Below, piece after piece: positions 27,363 to 40,550 of a stretch of DNA of 64,000 nucleotides. A model generated the notes under the pieces. It saw nothing but the letters and a program-made list of their open reading frames with translations. It did no database searches and was not told where the DNA came from. The first letter of the stretch is position 1; each line of letters opens with the position of its first letter. This DNA is from Glaucostegus cemiculus. Its lineage: Eukaryota. Both the position numbers and the translations under genes were made by a program. The stretch is taken from contig CDPCPM010000233.1 in assembly GCA_976551045.1 (NCBI GenBank), forward strand, positions 1,798,001-1,862,000, read 5' to 3'.

Positions 27363-30092
27363 TGAAGTGAATGTAGGCCCATTCTGCCTAACCTTTCCTC
27401 ATCAGGCAACCCCTTCAACCCATGAACCTGTGCTGTACTGGCTCTAAGAGAAGTGTATCCTTCTTAAAGAGACTAATATTATAGCAGTGCACCAGGTGTG
27501 GTCTTACCAAAGCCCATTATAATTGTAGTGAAACCTTCCTACTCTTGAACTTCCTCCTCTTTGCAGTAAAGGCTAACATTCCAATGCCATTATAGTTAGT
27601 GTACTTGGATGTTAACTTTTCAGTTGAGAACACCCTGGTTTCGCTCAACACCACTTATTAATCTATTAAATATTAAATCAATACTATTTCTACGAATGTG
27701 GAAGACCTATTAATATACCATCTTTTTAACTGCTCATTTAATGTGCCTAAATCCCTCTCCATTGTAACCTTAATGTACCTGCACACATTTTGTTCTGGTG
27801 TCTGCAAACATACTGTTTTTTTTCAGGCAGGATGTTAATCTATATTGTGAATAGCTGAAGCCCCAGCATTTATCCAAGAGTCAACCCTCTAGCACTGCTG
27901 TGCAGCTTGAAAATATTGTTTTTATCCCTACTGTTCATTTTGTGCCTTTTTGATCAATTACTTAGCACTGGTCATGTGTTCACACTGCCAGCATGGTGCA
28001 CCAGAGCTGGGGGGTATTTCATCATGCCATTGATTTCATCTTTGGGGAAGTTCTGAAATGAGTTGCTCATTAACAGGATTCACAACCTTAGGTTTGCATT
28101 TATAATCACAATAGTTGTGTGACGAAAAGAGTTTAAGCCGTTAGTTGTGGAGTTGGAAAGAAATAACATTTGCAGGAATTGCAACTGGATTATTCTGCAT
28201 GTGTACAGAATGCATGATTTTACTGACATTATGATCATCAATAAAAATAATTGAATCATTCTTAAATGGAATCTGAGATGAGCAAGGTATTAAGCTGCAA
28301 AACACATGGCGCCTTCCTTGTGCCGTAGTGGTCTAGAATTCATTATGAGGAAAACTTATTGTTCAAAGTGCTGAAAGGGGAGGGGAAGATGTGTCTGGTA
28401 GTGGACTCTTGTTGAAGCTGACAGAAATTGTGAAGGATGATCCACTGAATGTAGAGGCTGGTGGGGAGGAAGGTGAAGACTAGGGGTCTCCATCCTTGCA
28501 CTTTGGAGGGGGTGAGGGCAGAGATGTGGGAAATGTAGTCAAGGACTTGTAGGTCACCATGTGCTTCCTTCTGGTTGTTTACATTTGGGGAACTATAAGA
28601 GATGCTGACTTGGTCAAGAAGTAGAACAGACTGGCTTTTATTAACCTTAATCTGGTTATTGACTGTTTTGGTTGGGAAATGCAGGGTATTATTTTTATAC
28701 AGGGTGATATCTATAAGCAGAAATAAGTGCCACAATCTAATTTGTAGCTTTTCTCAGTGATAAAGTTTATTTTTGCATCATACTACAAACTGGGAAAATA
28801 GGAGGTCGTACAGTAGGGAAATAGATAATTGAATGGCTCTTACCAAAAAAAAAAGCCCAGCTGTTATTGTTGCAACCAGTCTGCTATTCTGCTGTAGCAG
28901 AAATGCATTTTGAGTGATAAGTAGAATAACCCCACAATTCAAGAAGGACTGCACGCACTACAACTCAGCAATGGATTAGCTGAATCTGTGCCTTGTTAGT
29001 CGGCACATCTGTAACTGCAGTTAAGGCAGTACTTTGGCAGACTTCTTTCTTCTGATATTCCATCCAGCAACTCCTCACCTGGATAATGTGGATCAGAATA
29101 ACGTCAACTCCTTCACGTAACCTCGGCATGGTATCATGGTGGAACTGCAGTTAGCGTGAGCTAGTGCATTCAGAAGTGGGGGACTGTTTTATAAAAAAAT
29201 CAAATAAAATGGGAAATGTTGAGCTGTAAATCAAACCGGAAAAGGAGCAGTAACTTCTTGGAGAAGATGGAACTTATTACCAAAGGAGAAGGTGAAGAAA
29301 AATAGTTTGGACACTTGCAAACAAACTAATTTGAGTACATGACAAGGTAAAGGGTGAATGTTGAGAGGCTGTGATAAGTGGATGGAATGAATGTATAACC
29401 ATCACTGTATCTTGAAATTTTTGCTAGCAACTTTGGCTAAGTAATTATTTTCCTTTGTTATATGAAGGAACCAGGACACTTTACAGCATTAAAAAAGTGC
29501 ACCAATAGGATTTGCTAAAGGAGAGGCTTGGTATCGTTTGTTGCCAGTCCTTTGTTTAAAATTTATTAGCTCCCTGTTCACCCACGGTCTATTGGTAGTG
29601 TGTAATGAAGGTCGGGTGTATTTTGCAGATCCTAACCCTCCATCCTGTTTTGTCCTGAATTAGCACTGGTTCTATCTAGTTAAGTCCCACACTGGTTCTA
29701 TCTAGTTAAGACTCAACCAGGAATCTCACCATCTTTAGGAAAGTGTGGGTTTTGAGTTGGGCTGTGGCCAATTAATCTACTGATAATCACTTGCCTTAGT
29801 TTCTTGTGTGGAGTTGATGCAGCCTAGTAACTGTTGAAAATCCTTGAATATATGTATTTTTTAAAATAAGTATTTGAAACTAGTTATTTGGTGTTGCATG
29901 TACTGAGAACGATTGATGCAGATACTGGGAAATTGAGTCGTCATGGCCAGTGCTGTGCATTGTGTATCTTTACCGGGCAGATGCAATGAACTCTAAGCAA
30001 ATGAATGGTCAGTCTTAATCCCAATGGTCGCAAAAAATCCCACATTCAATAACTGAGAAATTAACAGCCCTCTTCGCTCTGTTCTATTTCAG

Positions 30093-30219
30093 CTGGGTTG
30101 CATTAGTCAGCAAGAACTATGAGATCGAGAGAGCAATTGTCCAGCTGGAAGGTGAAATAAACAAGATGAAACAACAGCAAGGGGACGAGAACAAAGAAAA
30201 CATTCGACAGGACTTCTGA
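30093..30219 (+). CDS. BCAS2: BCAS2 coding exon 7 (last), to stop codon
   Basis: Encodes [41 protein letters not shown]. The exon sum 93+93+71+162+51+81+127=678 nt gives 225 aa plus stop, and all phases are compatible. Confidence 0.97.
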
Positions 30220-30595
30220 TGATGAAGGGACTACTGATCCCCTTTTGGTTCAGTGCTTGTTGTCTTCAAAGTGGACTTGTGTTCCTGTTTATACACTAGT
30301 TGCAGGAATGACACAAACGGGGTTTCTTTTTGTTTGTATTTCATGTGTGCTTTGAACTCAGTAGAACAGTATTCTATAATCTTAATTTTAAAGTGGCCCA
30401 AAAACATATTATTTTCTGTCTTCTCCCTATGCATTAGGTAACTGCCCATTGTATACTTTCAGCAGCTAGGGTTGTTCATCCTTTTTGACCAACATACCAA
30501 CTGAGGCTTCCAAAACAGTCTACTTCTCAGGATTGATTATCTGTAGCAAAATTTTAATGGAATTTGTATTACATTTTTATAGTTGAATATTTACA

Positions 30596-30601
30596 AATAA
30601 A
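30596..30601 (+). terminator. BCAS2: Poly(A) signal of BCAS2 (second AATAAA at 30796-30801)
   Basis: AATAAA about 380 nt after the stop, followed by a GT/T-rich downstream element (GTGTTGGTTTTTG). Confidence 0.7.
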
Positions 30602-31643
30602 ATGCTGAACATTAAGTGTTGGTTTTTGCTTTCTTAACAGCTTAAATGCCTGGTTATTCATAAACATTATTTCTTCTTGTTACATAGCTACTGGCCTGGG
30701 AAAAGTCATTGGGTGTCCTTTCATCAAAGTGTTTTCAGAGACCCTGCATGAAACTTATCCTGAATCATCCTGTCTACCAACATAAACTTGCTGAGAATAA
30801 ATGTATGTATTTAATTCTGGTCGAATCGGTTCCAGTCTACGTTCTGCCAAAACAATTGCATTGAAATTTGGTTGGGTCCTGTTGTGCTGGCTTGGTTCAG
30901 TATTTTATCCAGTTCATTGCATCTGTTTCAGGATGTGCTAGATAAACATTCAGCCAGAGAGCTGATAAGTGAAGTGACGTGGGATAGGAGGGTTATTTTT
31001 GGGTGTCGGTTTCAGGTTTGACTGGGTGTGAGCAGCAGATAGTGACAATCAGTGCAAGAGTGGACAGGCAACGTTGTTTGCAACTGGCTTTTCCCTGGCA
31101 TAGTTTACCTCAGTGCCACGGTGAGGTGGTGACATTTGACCACAAGAGGGTGAATAGAGGACTTCACCTGAGATTGGTGTTTTATTGGGCATGAAGCTCA
31201 ACTGATTCAGTATCATTGTTGGGCGTGATATTCTGCAAAATCTTCAGGCTAGGTCAGATCAAGTATGGGGGGATGGGGGGGGAATACAAGGGCTCAGATT
31301 GGGTTTGGGGTTGGATTAAGTTTGAGTTTGGGTTTTAATCTTGCTCCAAGAGGACTTCTGATCAAAAGAATTTTAGATTATCAACCTGCTGCCCAACACC
31401 AACTGAAACAAAAATTGTGGTCCTCTGGTCTAAGCAATCACCCACTTAGACTGAGACAAGGAGGAACTTCTGAGGTTTGTAAGTCATTGGCCTTTCCTAC
31501 CTCAGAGGGCTGGGGGCTGAGCTGGATTTTGAGGTACTAGGCATTTAAGAGTTGTGGGGATCATATACAACAGTGGAGTTGATGTACTTCATTGAACAGC
31601 TGAACATTGTCTTCAGGACCATATGGCCTACTCTTACCCTAGG

Positions 31644-32100
31644 GTCAGGCAGCATCTGTGGAGGGAAATAACAGTCAATGTTTTGAGTCAAGGCCCTTCA
31701 TCAGGACTTTTTTATTTAATTTGAAGGTGGGTTAGAAATTGGAGGCAAAGCTGATGAAGTTTACGAGCTCAGCACGGGTGCAGGAAGCAGCACCAATGCA
31801 GTCGTCAATGTAGCAGAGAAAGAGTTGGGGAGCGTTACTGGTGTAGGCTTGGAACATGGACTGTTCCACGTAACGGATGAAAAGACAGGCATAACGGGCC
31901 CGTGTGAGTGACATGGCTACACCTTTGGTCCGGAGAAAGTGGGAGGAGCCGAAAGAGAAGTTGTCGAGGGTGAGCACCAGTTCTGCCAGATGGAGGAGGG
32001 TGGCAGTGGAGGGGATGAAGGGTCTCAACCTGAAACGTCGACTGTCCATTTCCCTCCATAAATGCTGCCTGACCTGCAGAGTTCCTCCAGCATTGTGTGT
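31644..32100 (-). mobile_element. Penelope-like RT fragment flanked by inverted arms
   Basis: Minus-strand KGVAM...YACLF..YVEQ...LCYIDDCIG (RT motif YIDD). Inverted arms at about 31644-31708 and 32014-32100. Confidence 0.85.
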
Positions 32101-32201
32101 TAGTGCAAAAGGTTCAACTGCATTACTGAACTGGCCTTGTGCTAGAAAATTAGGGACTATGCTAAGGAAATTGGGCCCAGTCTGGATCATACAGGGGTGA
32201 G

Positions 32202-32588
32202 TTAGGGGATCAGAAGGCACAGGGATAATGTTGGGGCTTGAGGGAGCAGACATTTGAGAGGGAGAGGATGACCTAAGTTGGGGGTCTCAGTGCCAGATTC
32301 CACGGTCTGACCTCTGTTCATTTGGGTATCCTTTAAATAATACTTAAACACCCCTTGCAAATACCGTGAAGGCGTGCTTTTGAGTAAACTGCCTATGGAC
32401 AACATGGACCAAGCAACCAGGGATGAAATCCCAGAAGTGGCATCCAAATTATTGTTACATGGTGTTGAGCGTTGCTCTGCACGGCCAGGTTCCTCCATGC
32501 ATGTGTATGTCAGGTACAGGGAAAACCCTGACTGAAAATTGTGGACCAACAATTCAACATTGAATTGTGCTGCAATTTGATCCAATTT
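32202..32588 (-). other. Candidate last coding exon of a divergent vinculin/alpha-catenin-like gene or pseudogene
   Basis: Open 127-aa frame after a CCCAG acceptor. ELLVHNFQ...MEEPGRAEQRS resembles the vinculin tail EMLVHNAQ...[12 protein letters not shown] (recalled sequence, by-eye comparison). Confidence 0.45.
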
Positions 32589-35084
32589 CTGGGCATAAAA
32601 TTTTCCAAAGTACTTCTTGGTTTTACATACTTGGTTTTCAGCATAATCCCTCTAGAAATGAACAGCAGTACTTTGTGTTGCTACTTCTTGTGATGTGGTA
32701 TCTGTTTCCTGATCCCTAATCCTCTCCTCCATTTAGAATTATGTGGCTTCCCTATCAAAATGTACCTCATTGTGCTTGTCTTTGCTTTCATTTCCCTTCA
32801 CACTTGTTCTGCAAACGTATTTGTGTCTTCCTGTATTTTGCTGCAGTTCTCATTAACAACACCCACAGGCAAATGTCACCTTCAAATTTTAAAATTGTAC
32901 TTCTGATTCCCAGGTTCAAATTGTTTAAATAAATGTGAACGAAGCAGTGACATTAGACTATGGATGCAGTTGATAACAGGATGATTGCAGTAAAATACAA
33001 GAAGTAAAATACAAGAAGTGACAAGGGAAATGAACTACAGTGAAGATGAGCCTGAGGTGGTATATTTTGATATGAAGAATAAGGAAGCCACATAATCCTA
33101 GATGGAAGGGAGGATCAAGGATCTGGGAACAGGCCACAAAAGATAGGTGCTGGTCTGAATAATTAATGTGTTTTTGGTTTTACAGCAGTCTGCTATCCAT
33201 TCTTGTCCTCTAGATCAACATGTTCTGATTCTGGTATGGCCTTATTAAATATCTTTGCAGGAGTTCCTTGGGGCATATTCAATGCTTCATCAGTGACACT
33301 TCCTCCATTATAAATTGGAGATGTTCACTGATGATTACTTTGTGCACTTCCATTGGCAGTTCCTTGGATAATGAATGAAAATATTAAAGGTTATGTCTGC
33401 TGCATTAAGCTTTGTCTATGCTTTCAGTTACTTCTAAGAATTCAAAAGGTTGGACAGGCATGAAATATCATTTTGAAATCTATGCTGACTTTATTTTTGG
33501 TCCTTGGATTTTTTTTCTCTTTGAGTAGCTGTTCCATTATCATTCCTACCACCAATGTTAAACTAATTGGTTTCCACATCCCTGGACTTGTTCTGTCTCA
33601 CTTCAGTACTGGAATCGCATTATCAGTTTGCCAATCTTTTGCCACTATTCCCTTTCTTGATGAATTTTTACATCTATATAATATTGCCTTTGCAATCTGT
33701 TCCCCAGTTTCCTTTAACATGTGCTGATTCAGTCTGCCCAAACTGTTATTAAATGCATCATCTGAGTCTGATTAACTTATTGACAATCTCTCACCTTTCA
33801 GTATCAAATGTTTCCAGATCCCTGTTATCTTCTTCCAATGTCATACCCGCCTTGTCAATCTGCCTGTTAGGGGAAGAGGTAGTTAATATTTATTGCTTAC
33901 TGTCTACTTCTCTGAATTACCCAACCTCTATCCAGAAGTTGCTTTTGTTTAGGGGTCTGCAGAATACTTCCAGGAATTTATTTCTATATTCTTAAATAAT
34001 TTCAATCCCTCTATCTTCCAGCTTGTCTTTGACTTGTTTCCTAATCGTTTTATGTTCCCCTTACCTCTATTGCCAATGTACTTGTGCAATATAAAAATCA
34101 TAGAATTCTTGAAGCACAGAAGTAGGCAATGTCTTAATAAGGCCATGGCAGTTCCTGAAAAAGTAGTCTCCTCAGTCCCATTTCCCCCATTCCTTCCCCA
34201 AATCCCTGTAAATTGTACTTACCTAGGTGCATTTCCAATTCCCTTTTAAAGCACTGATTGGTCCTATCTCCATTATAGGGATTGAATTTGGGATAACAAA
34301 CACTCTGAATAATTAAAAAAATATATATCCTCTCATCTGTCTGGTACCTTTGCCCAAAGTTTTTAATGTGTCCCTCTCTGATCCTTAAGCTATGCTGATG
34401 GGAACAGCTTCCAACAATTTACCTCATCAGTTTCAACGTTGCTGTTGTTTTCTTATGATATGTTTGCAACCACATCTCACGAGTTGTGTTTTTGGGCAGG
34501 TAGATCTCCCCTGGACTCGATTAATCACTGCTTTTAAATATATCTGATTACAGCTTTTTTTTTTCAGTCAAGAAACATTCCTAGTTTTTTCTAAAAAGAA
34601 ATAAAAATTGTAGATGCTGGAGATATAAAAACAGAAAATGCTGGAAACACTCAGCAGGTCAGGCAGCATCTGAGGAAAGAGAAACCCCGACCTGAGTATT
34701 TCCAGCAATTTTTGTTTTTAATTCAGTTTGTTCTATTTCTGTTTGCCAGTAAATGTTCCAGTCGTGTATTCACAGCAACCTCTTGCACTCATAATTATGC
34801 CAATGATCAAATTATTGATTGAGGAATAAAGGTTGGCCAGACACTGGGGGGGGAGGGGATAGAAACTTGTTGTCCATTGCAGTACCAGGGAATATTTTTA
34901 AATGTATGTACAGTATATTTGTGAAGATAGTGGAAAGCTTTATCTTCCTGAGCCCCAGAACAGGTAGAAATGGGGAGTGCGCAAATGAAAAGGCCAACAT
35001 TATGAAGAACGGTAAAGTCAGGCTTAATTACGTAATGAAAGATGAAGGCATTACCACTCAAATTGTAATAGGAACATTGATTTC

Positions 35085-35440
35085 CTAACTTGAGAGATGT
35101 AAGACTTGATGTATGAAAGAGCAGGAGGCAGTAGAGCAGCTCATTTCAAGTGTGATGCTGGAAGTTCGTATGGATAGCCAGCAGAACAAATCATTCAGTC
35201 CATGCCCAGATATACCCAGTGTTCCCTCGAGACCATTTGATGCTAAAGCAGAAAGTAGCCTGTTCTGAGCAAGTGCTGTGGGGAAACAACAGAAAAGATT
35301 ATTGTAACTGGTGAAGCAGAAGGAAAAGGGAGAGGGGGGACAGTCAGTAAGGTAGATGGTTTGATCCAAGAACTCACCATGTGTCTTTGCAACAACCACA
35401 GGAGATGCAGTCCATAGATCACCAGGACCCAACTTCAACT
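35085..35440 (-). other. Two candidate exons separated by a canonical 102-nt intron (35276-35377)
   Basis: Minus strand has donor CATG|GTGAGT, a long pyrimidine tract and acceptor TTTCCCCACAG|. The join is in frame, and LSALASNG...FIHQVLHLSS weakly resembles vinculin/catenin tail helices. Confidence 0.4.
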
Positions 35441-36144
35441 CGATGTCACTGGACTGACTGCATCTTTCCTACTTGAAAGGAAGGACCGAGATAAATTGTA
35501 CTTCTCTCTACAGATGCTGCCTGACCTGCTGAGCATTTCCAGCACTTTCTGTTTTTATTTCTAAGTTACAGCATCTGCACTATTTTGCTTTCCATTTAGG
35601 TAATGTCAAACTTACTCTTTTAAACCAGATCAATTCTAGGCGAAGGGAAATTCCGATTTGGGATGGGATGAGGGGGCAGAGGCCAGAGTGGTTTTACAAC
35701 CTTAAAATTCCTGCTGTAACCTTTGGCCACTGATGATCGCTTCTTAACCAACGTTGTTAAGCTTCATTTCATTCCATACGTAACATCGCCAACTCTGCCT
35801 CCACCTGAGTTCCCCTGTAGCTGAGACCATTATTTATGATTTAATTACCTGTCGAGGCAATAAAATCATTTTCTGCCTGGACTTCCATCTTTCACCCTTC
35901 AGAAGTGTGAACTCTAGTGGCTGTAGCCTGCTGTACACAGACTCATTCCTGTATCAGCCCTGTGCTCCAACATTATGTAAAGGGCCCAGCCTTCACTGCC
36001 CAATGTCCTTGAGTTGGCTGGAGTGGCAACAACAATATTGGCTGGATATTCCCAAAGTTGTCTCTGGAAGGTTAATCCATCTTTGGCTCCTCCACTTGCC
36101 TCTCCACACCATCACCTAGAATTGTAGGATTTGTGGAGTGATTC

Positions 36145-36842
36145 ATTTCATACAGCACAGAAACAGGCCCTTGAGCCCACCAACTCTGTGCTGACTACAA
36201 AAGATGTGATTAAGCTAGAGAAGATGCAGGAAAGATTCTTGACCTTCCTATAGCTTGGTGACTGGAACTACACACAGTCCTCCAAGTGCAGCCTAACCAA
36301 CTATTTGTAGAACTGTAACATGATATATACTCATCTCCTATACTCACTGCTCCAGCTGATGAAGGCAAGCATGCCGTACGCTGCCTTCAGCACTTTGTCT
36401 ACATGTGTCACCACTTTCAGGGAACCATGTACTTGTACCCCAAGGTCTCACAGTTTAATATGATTCCCCAGGGCCTTGGTATTCACTACGTCATGCCTGG
36501 TTTAAATTCCAAAAATGCAGCACTTTGTATTTGTCTGAGTTAAATTCCATCAGCCATTCCCTTCCCCACTTTTCCACTGCTCACTAATACCAACAATTTG
36601 GGTCATCTGCAAACTTACTAGCCATGCCACCTACATTCTCTTCCAAATCATTCATATATATGATGAACAATAAAGGACCGAGCACAGATCCCTGTGGCAC
36701 ACCACTGGTCAGGGTTCCAATCTCAAAAGCAGCCTTCCACCATCACCCTCTTCCTTTCAACACCAAGCCAATTTTGTATCTAATTTGCAATCTCATCCTG
36801 GATCCCATGTATTCTAATCTTCTGGACCAATCTACCATGCAG
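36145..36842 (-). mobile_element. CR1-like LINE RT fragment
   Basis: The reverse complement encodes [17 protein letters not shown] and KFADD. Confidence 0.85.
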
Positions 36843-37071
36843 TTAGATTTTGAAAGGTTAAAGACCTATACAAAGAGATGGTCATTTATTAAAGGAAACA
36901 ATGCAGCAAAGTCATATTCTGAAAGGTGCACTTACACATTGATGATCCCAATTTTATTTGTTTCATCACTGACAAACTTCCTACCACTTGCCAAGATCCC
37001 AAGGTCTAGAATTCTCCCCATAAACCATTTTATCTTCCTGTCTCTCTATTCTCCTTTAAGATGTTCTGTTC

Positions 37072-37390
37072 AGGTGACACAGTTAATAGAGTAGCTGCCG
37101 CACAGCTTCAGTGACCTGGGTTCAATCCTGATCTCCAGTGCTGTCTGTGTAGGGTTTGCATGTTCTCTCTGTGACCGAGTGGGTGCTTTGATTTCCTGTC
37201 ACATCCCATAGATGAGTAGGTTGGTAAGCTAAATTGGCCATGGCAAATTGCCCCTAGTGTGTAGGTAGGTGATAGAATTTGGGAGAAGTTGATGGGAACA
37301 TGGGCAAAATAGGCTACAGAGGAAATTAGTGTGGAATGAAATTCCTCTGTAAGCCAGCATAGGTTGGAATGGCCTCTTATGTTATGAGAA
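37072..37390 (+). mobile_element. tRNA-derived V-domain SINE
   Basis: Has a B-box-like GGGTTCAATCC and a degenerate V core. Related copy at about 39420-39700. Confidence 0.7.
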
Positions 37391-40300
37391 GGTATGGAAT
37401 ATCGGAACCTCCTACTTTGCTCCAGATTCCAGCATCTGCAGTCTCTTGTATCTCTAGCATTTGGTCATCTGTCCTCATGTCTACTTCCATGGCTCAGTGT
37501 GAGATTCAGTTTGACATCACTCTTGTGAGGCACCTTGGGATGATAAAGGTGCGATCCAAATTCTAGATGTAAATATGTATCAGTAAACACTTATGGTCTG
37601 GATAATTTGGTTACCATACCTGAGTAACTGGTCATCTCCAGTCCTAGGTGGTGAATGTTGGCAGGCTGTTCATCTATGGAAGACATGTGTAAAGGAGTCC
37701 AATCCTGCCCTTGTCTCACTGCCTGTGTTTTCCAACAAAGGGTTATTAACCAGTATTTGAGAATCCTGAAATAAAAGTAGGAAATGCTGGAAATACTCAG
37801 CGGGGCAGGCAGCATCTGTGGGAAGAGAAACAGAGTTAATGCTTCAGGTCAAAGATACTTCATCAGAAGTTGGAAAGGGAGAAACAAACAAGTTAGCTTT
37901 GAAGGGTAGATAGAACAAAGGGAATATCTTTGATAGAGTGAAGTCAGGGTTGCCATGGGGATAAGTAGAGTCATACAGCAATATGGCACAGATACAGGCC
38001 CTTCAGCCCAACCTGTCCATGCCGACCACAGTGCCCACCCAAGTAGTGGTTGATGGGTTAATGGCAGTATTTAGAGTGACAATGCAAAGGAATGTAACAT
38101 GTTGCAAAATGTAGGTCTGTAGGACATGCCCAGGAGGTGAGGCTGTGCTTGTGGAGAGAGAAACACTGAGCCAATGTCACAGATAGATGACTTGCAGATC
38201 AAGGGACTTCATGACTTCCCTCAATCTGTGCCCCTATGATTTGTTTTTTCCAAACTCAATAACCCAGCTTTGACTCTCCACCTGCCGTTACTCAATATCA
38301 GTCCAGGTAGCCTTCAGTGTCCCTCACCTGGGGAATACAGTAAAGAATAAAAGTTTCTCCCAACTCTAGTTGCCTTTTGGAGGTGTGCAAACATTGAGCG
38401 AGGGTGCAATCTGTACTGGAGGGGCCGGTCTGTGATGTTAAGGTGGTCGAATACTCTGTCAGTACTCCCATCTGACCTCTTGGGTTCAATAGTGGAGATC
38501 AGCTGACAGCCATCTGGAACTAAAACTCAGCAAGACCAATGCTTTGAGGAGATGAAGGGTGAAAAGCTGGCACAGGAAAAGAAAATCTTGGACCTGATGA
38601 GATGGAGTGTGGCTGTGGTCTTTTGATCTAACCTTTCTTTTAAGACTGCAGATTCCCCATGGCAACCTTAGAAAATGTGACTGGACAGGGGTCTCCTACT
38701 GTGAATAAGAGCATGCCATTAAATTGCCTGAATTGACTCCCCTCAGTGATCAAGAGCCAATTTGCAAACTAGTGCCATTAGTGCCAAGGCTAGGTGAAAG
38801 ATGTCCTGGGTACTCAGCATGCTCTCAGTAAAAAAAACAGCAGGAAACATTAAAGAGACACACAGTTTGAATGCAATACAACCACAGGCCCTTATTAAAA
38901 ACCCACTGCTCACAGAGTTCTGTGTCAGACACACACATTAAGTATTCACTAAATGATTGTTGTCATTCCTCCATTGCAAATACCTTGAACACTTTGAGAA
39001 ATACAAATAGTTTGTGGGGAATGATTTATTATTTGATCAAATGGAATGGGAAGGAAATGAAAAAAAGGGACTTAACAGGAATTTATTTATAATAGCAGCA
39101 ACTTTTATTTATCTCTGGGCTTTAATGTAGCAAAACATTCCTAAGTGCTTCAGAGTGATTGGGCACCAAGGTACATAATGTAACACTGGAAGATGTGGGA
39201 GAAAGATTGCTTAAGAAGATAGGTTATAAGGAGCATCTAATGCAGATGGAGAAGTGGTGAGGTTCACGGAGGGAATTCAGAGCTTAGGACCATGTCAGTT
39301 GAAGAGGTGGCCACAAATGGCAGAAGATTTAAAATTAGGGAGGTTCAATAGGATAGAACTGGTTGTGCACTGATATCCCCAAGGATTAGCAGCCTGGAGG
39401 AGGTTACAGAGCCGGAGAGTGGCCTAACTGCCTCAGTGTCCCAGGTTAAATCCTGAGCTCCGGTGCTAGCTGTGCAGAGTTTGCGTTTTCTCCCTGTGAC
39501 TTCCTTTGAGTGCTCCGGTTTCCTCCCACAGCCCAAAGATGTAGTTAATTGGCCACTGTAGATTGCCCGTACTGTAAACAGGTGCTGGAGTTGATGGGAA
39601 TGTGGGAAGAATAGGTTACGAGGGGAATTAGTTGGGGAATGAGGTTGCACTGTGGGTTGGCATAGACTTGATGAGCCAAATGACCTTCTTTGTAGTAATG
39701 AAATATTTCAGATGGGTAGCATGAGGAAGGGCAGCCAGGAATGCATTGGAATGATCAACCTTGAAGGTTATGAAGGTATGGATTAGGATTCAGCAGTATT
39801 TGAGGCGAGTTGGATGAGATTAGATAGGCAGAAACAGATGGTGTGCTACAGATATGTAGTTAGAAGGTAATCTGGTGGTCAGATGTGACACAATGGTTGC
39901 AGGCAATCTGGCTCAGCCTCGGCAATTGCCAATGAGAAGGATGGACTGAGTGGCTGTGGAATGGGTTTGAGGTGGGAGGTGAAGACAATGGCTTCAGTCT
40001 TCGAAATGCTCAGCTGAGAGGAACCTCTGCTCATTTAGCTCTGAATGTGTGACAGTCAGCTTTACAATTGGACTGTAGAGGAGTCACCAGAGGTGGTGGT
40101 GAGGAGTTAGAGCTGCTTGTTGACAGCACACATGTAGAAATCAGCACCATGTTTTCAGATAATATTGTCAAAGATGAGAAATGGGAGGAATCTTCTTGGA
40201 GGTCACTAATGGTAATGGTGTTGCATTGAAGGATATGACAAGCAGTGTAGTACTTACAGAATGTTTAAAAGTTGTGGTTTTGGCCAAATATTTAACATGT

Positions 40301-40550
40301 TTATACCTCGATGCTCCCACAGAAAATTCTGCTGGACAGCTCTCTGAGACTAACCGTGTTGTCAGCAGATTAAAGAACTGCCAATCCCATTACTGATTGG
40401 GAAATGGTGACTGAGCAACCCATTTAAGTATTTGTCAACAGAACCAGCTTCAGTTCATAGTCTGTGTTAAATTAGTTATTCTTGACCAGGGCTATCACGG
40501 TTCGCCCTTGTGCATCTCAACTAAGAAATAAAAAATACAGTCCTGATCGT

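Noticed and set aside
28940-29170. Intronic snoRNA in BCAS2 intron 6
   Set aside because: There are short palindromes (AACTGCAGTT twice) but no convincing C/D or H/ACA box arrangement.
29663-29710. Short duplicated CACTGGTT(T)CTATCTAGTTAAG as a regulatory or RNA motif
   Set aside because: It is a simple two-copy slippage duplication with no further structure.
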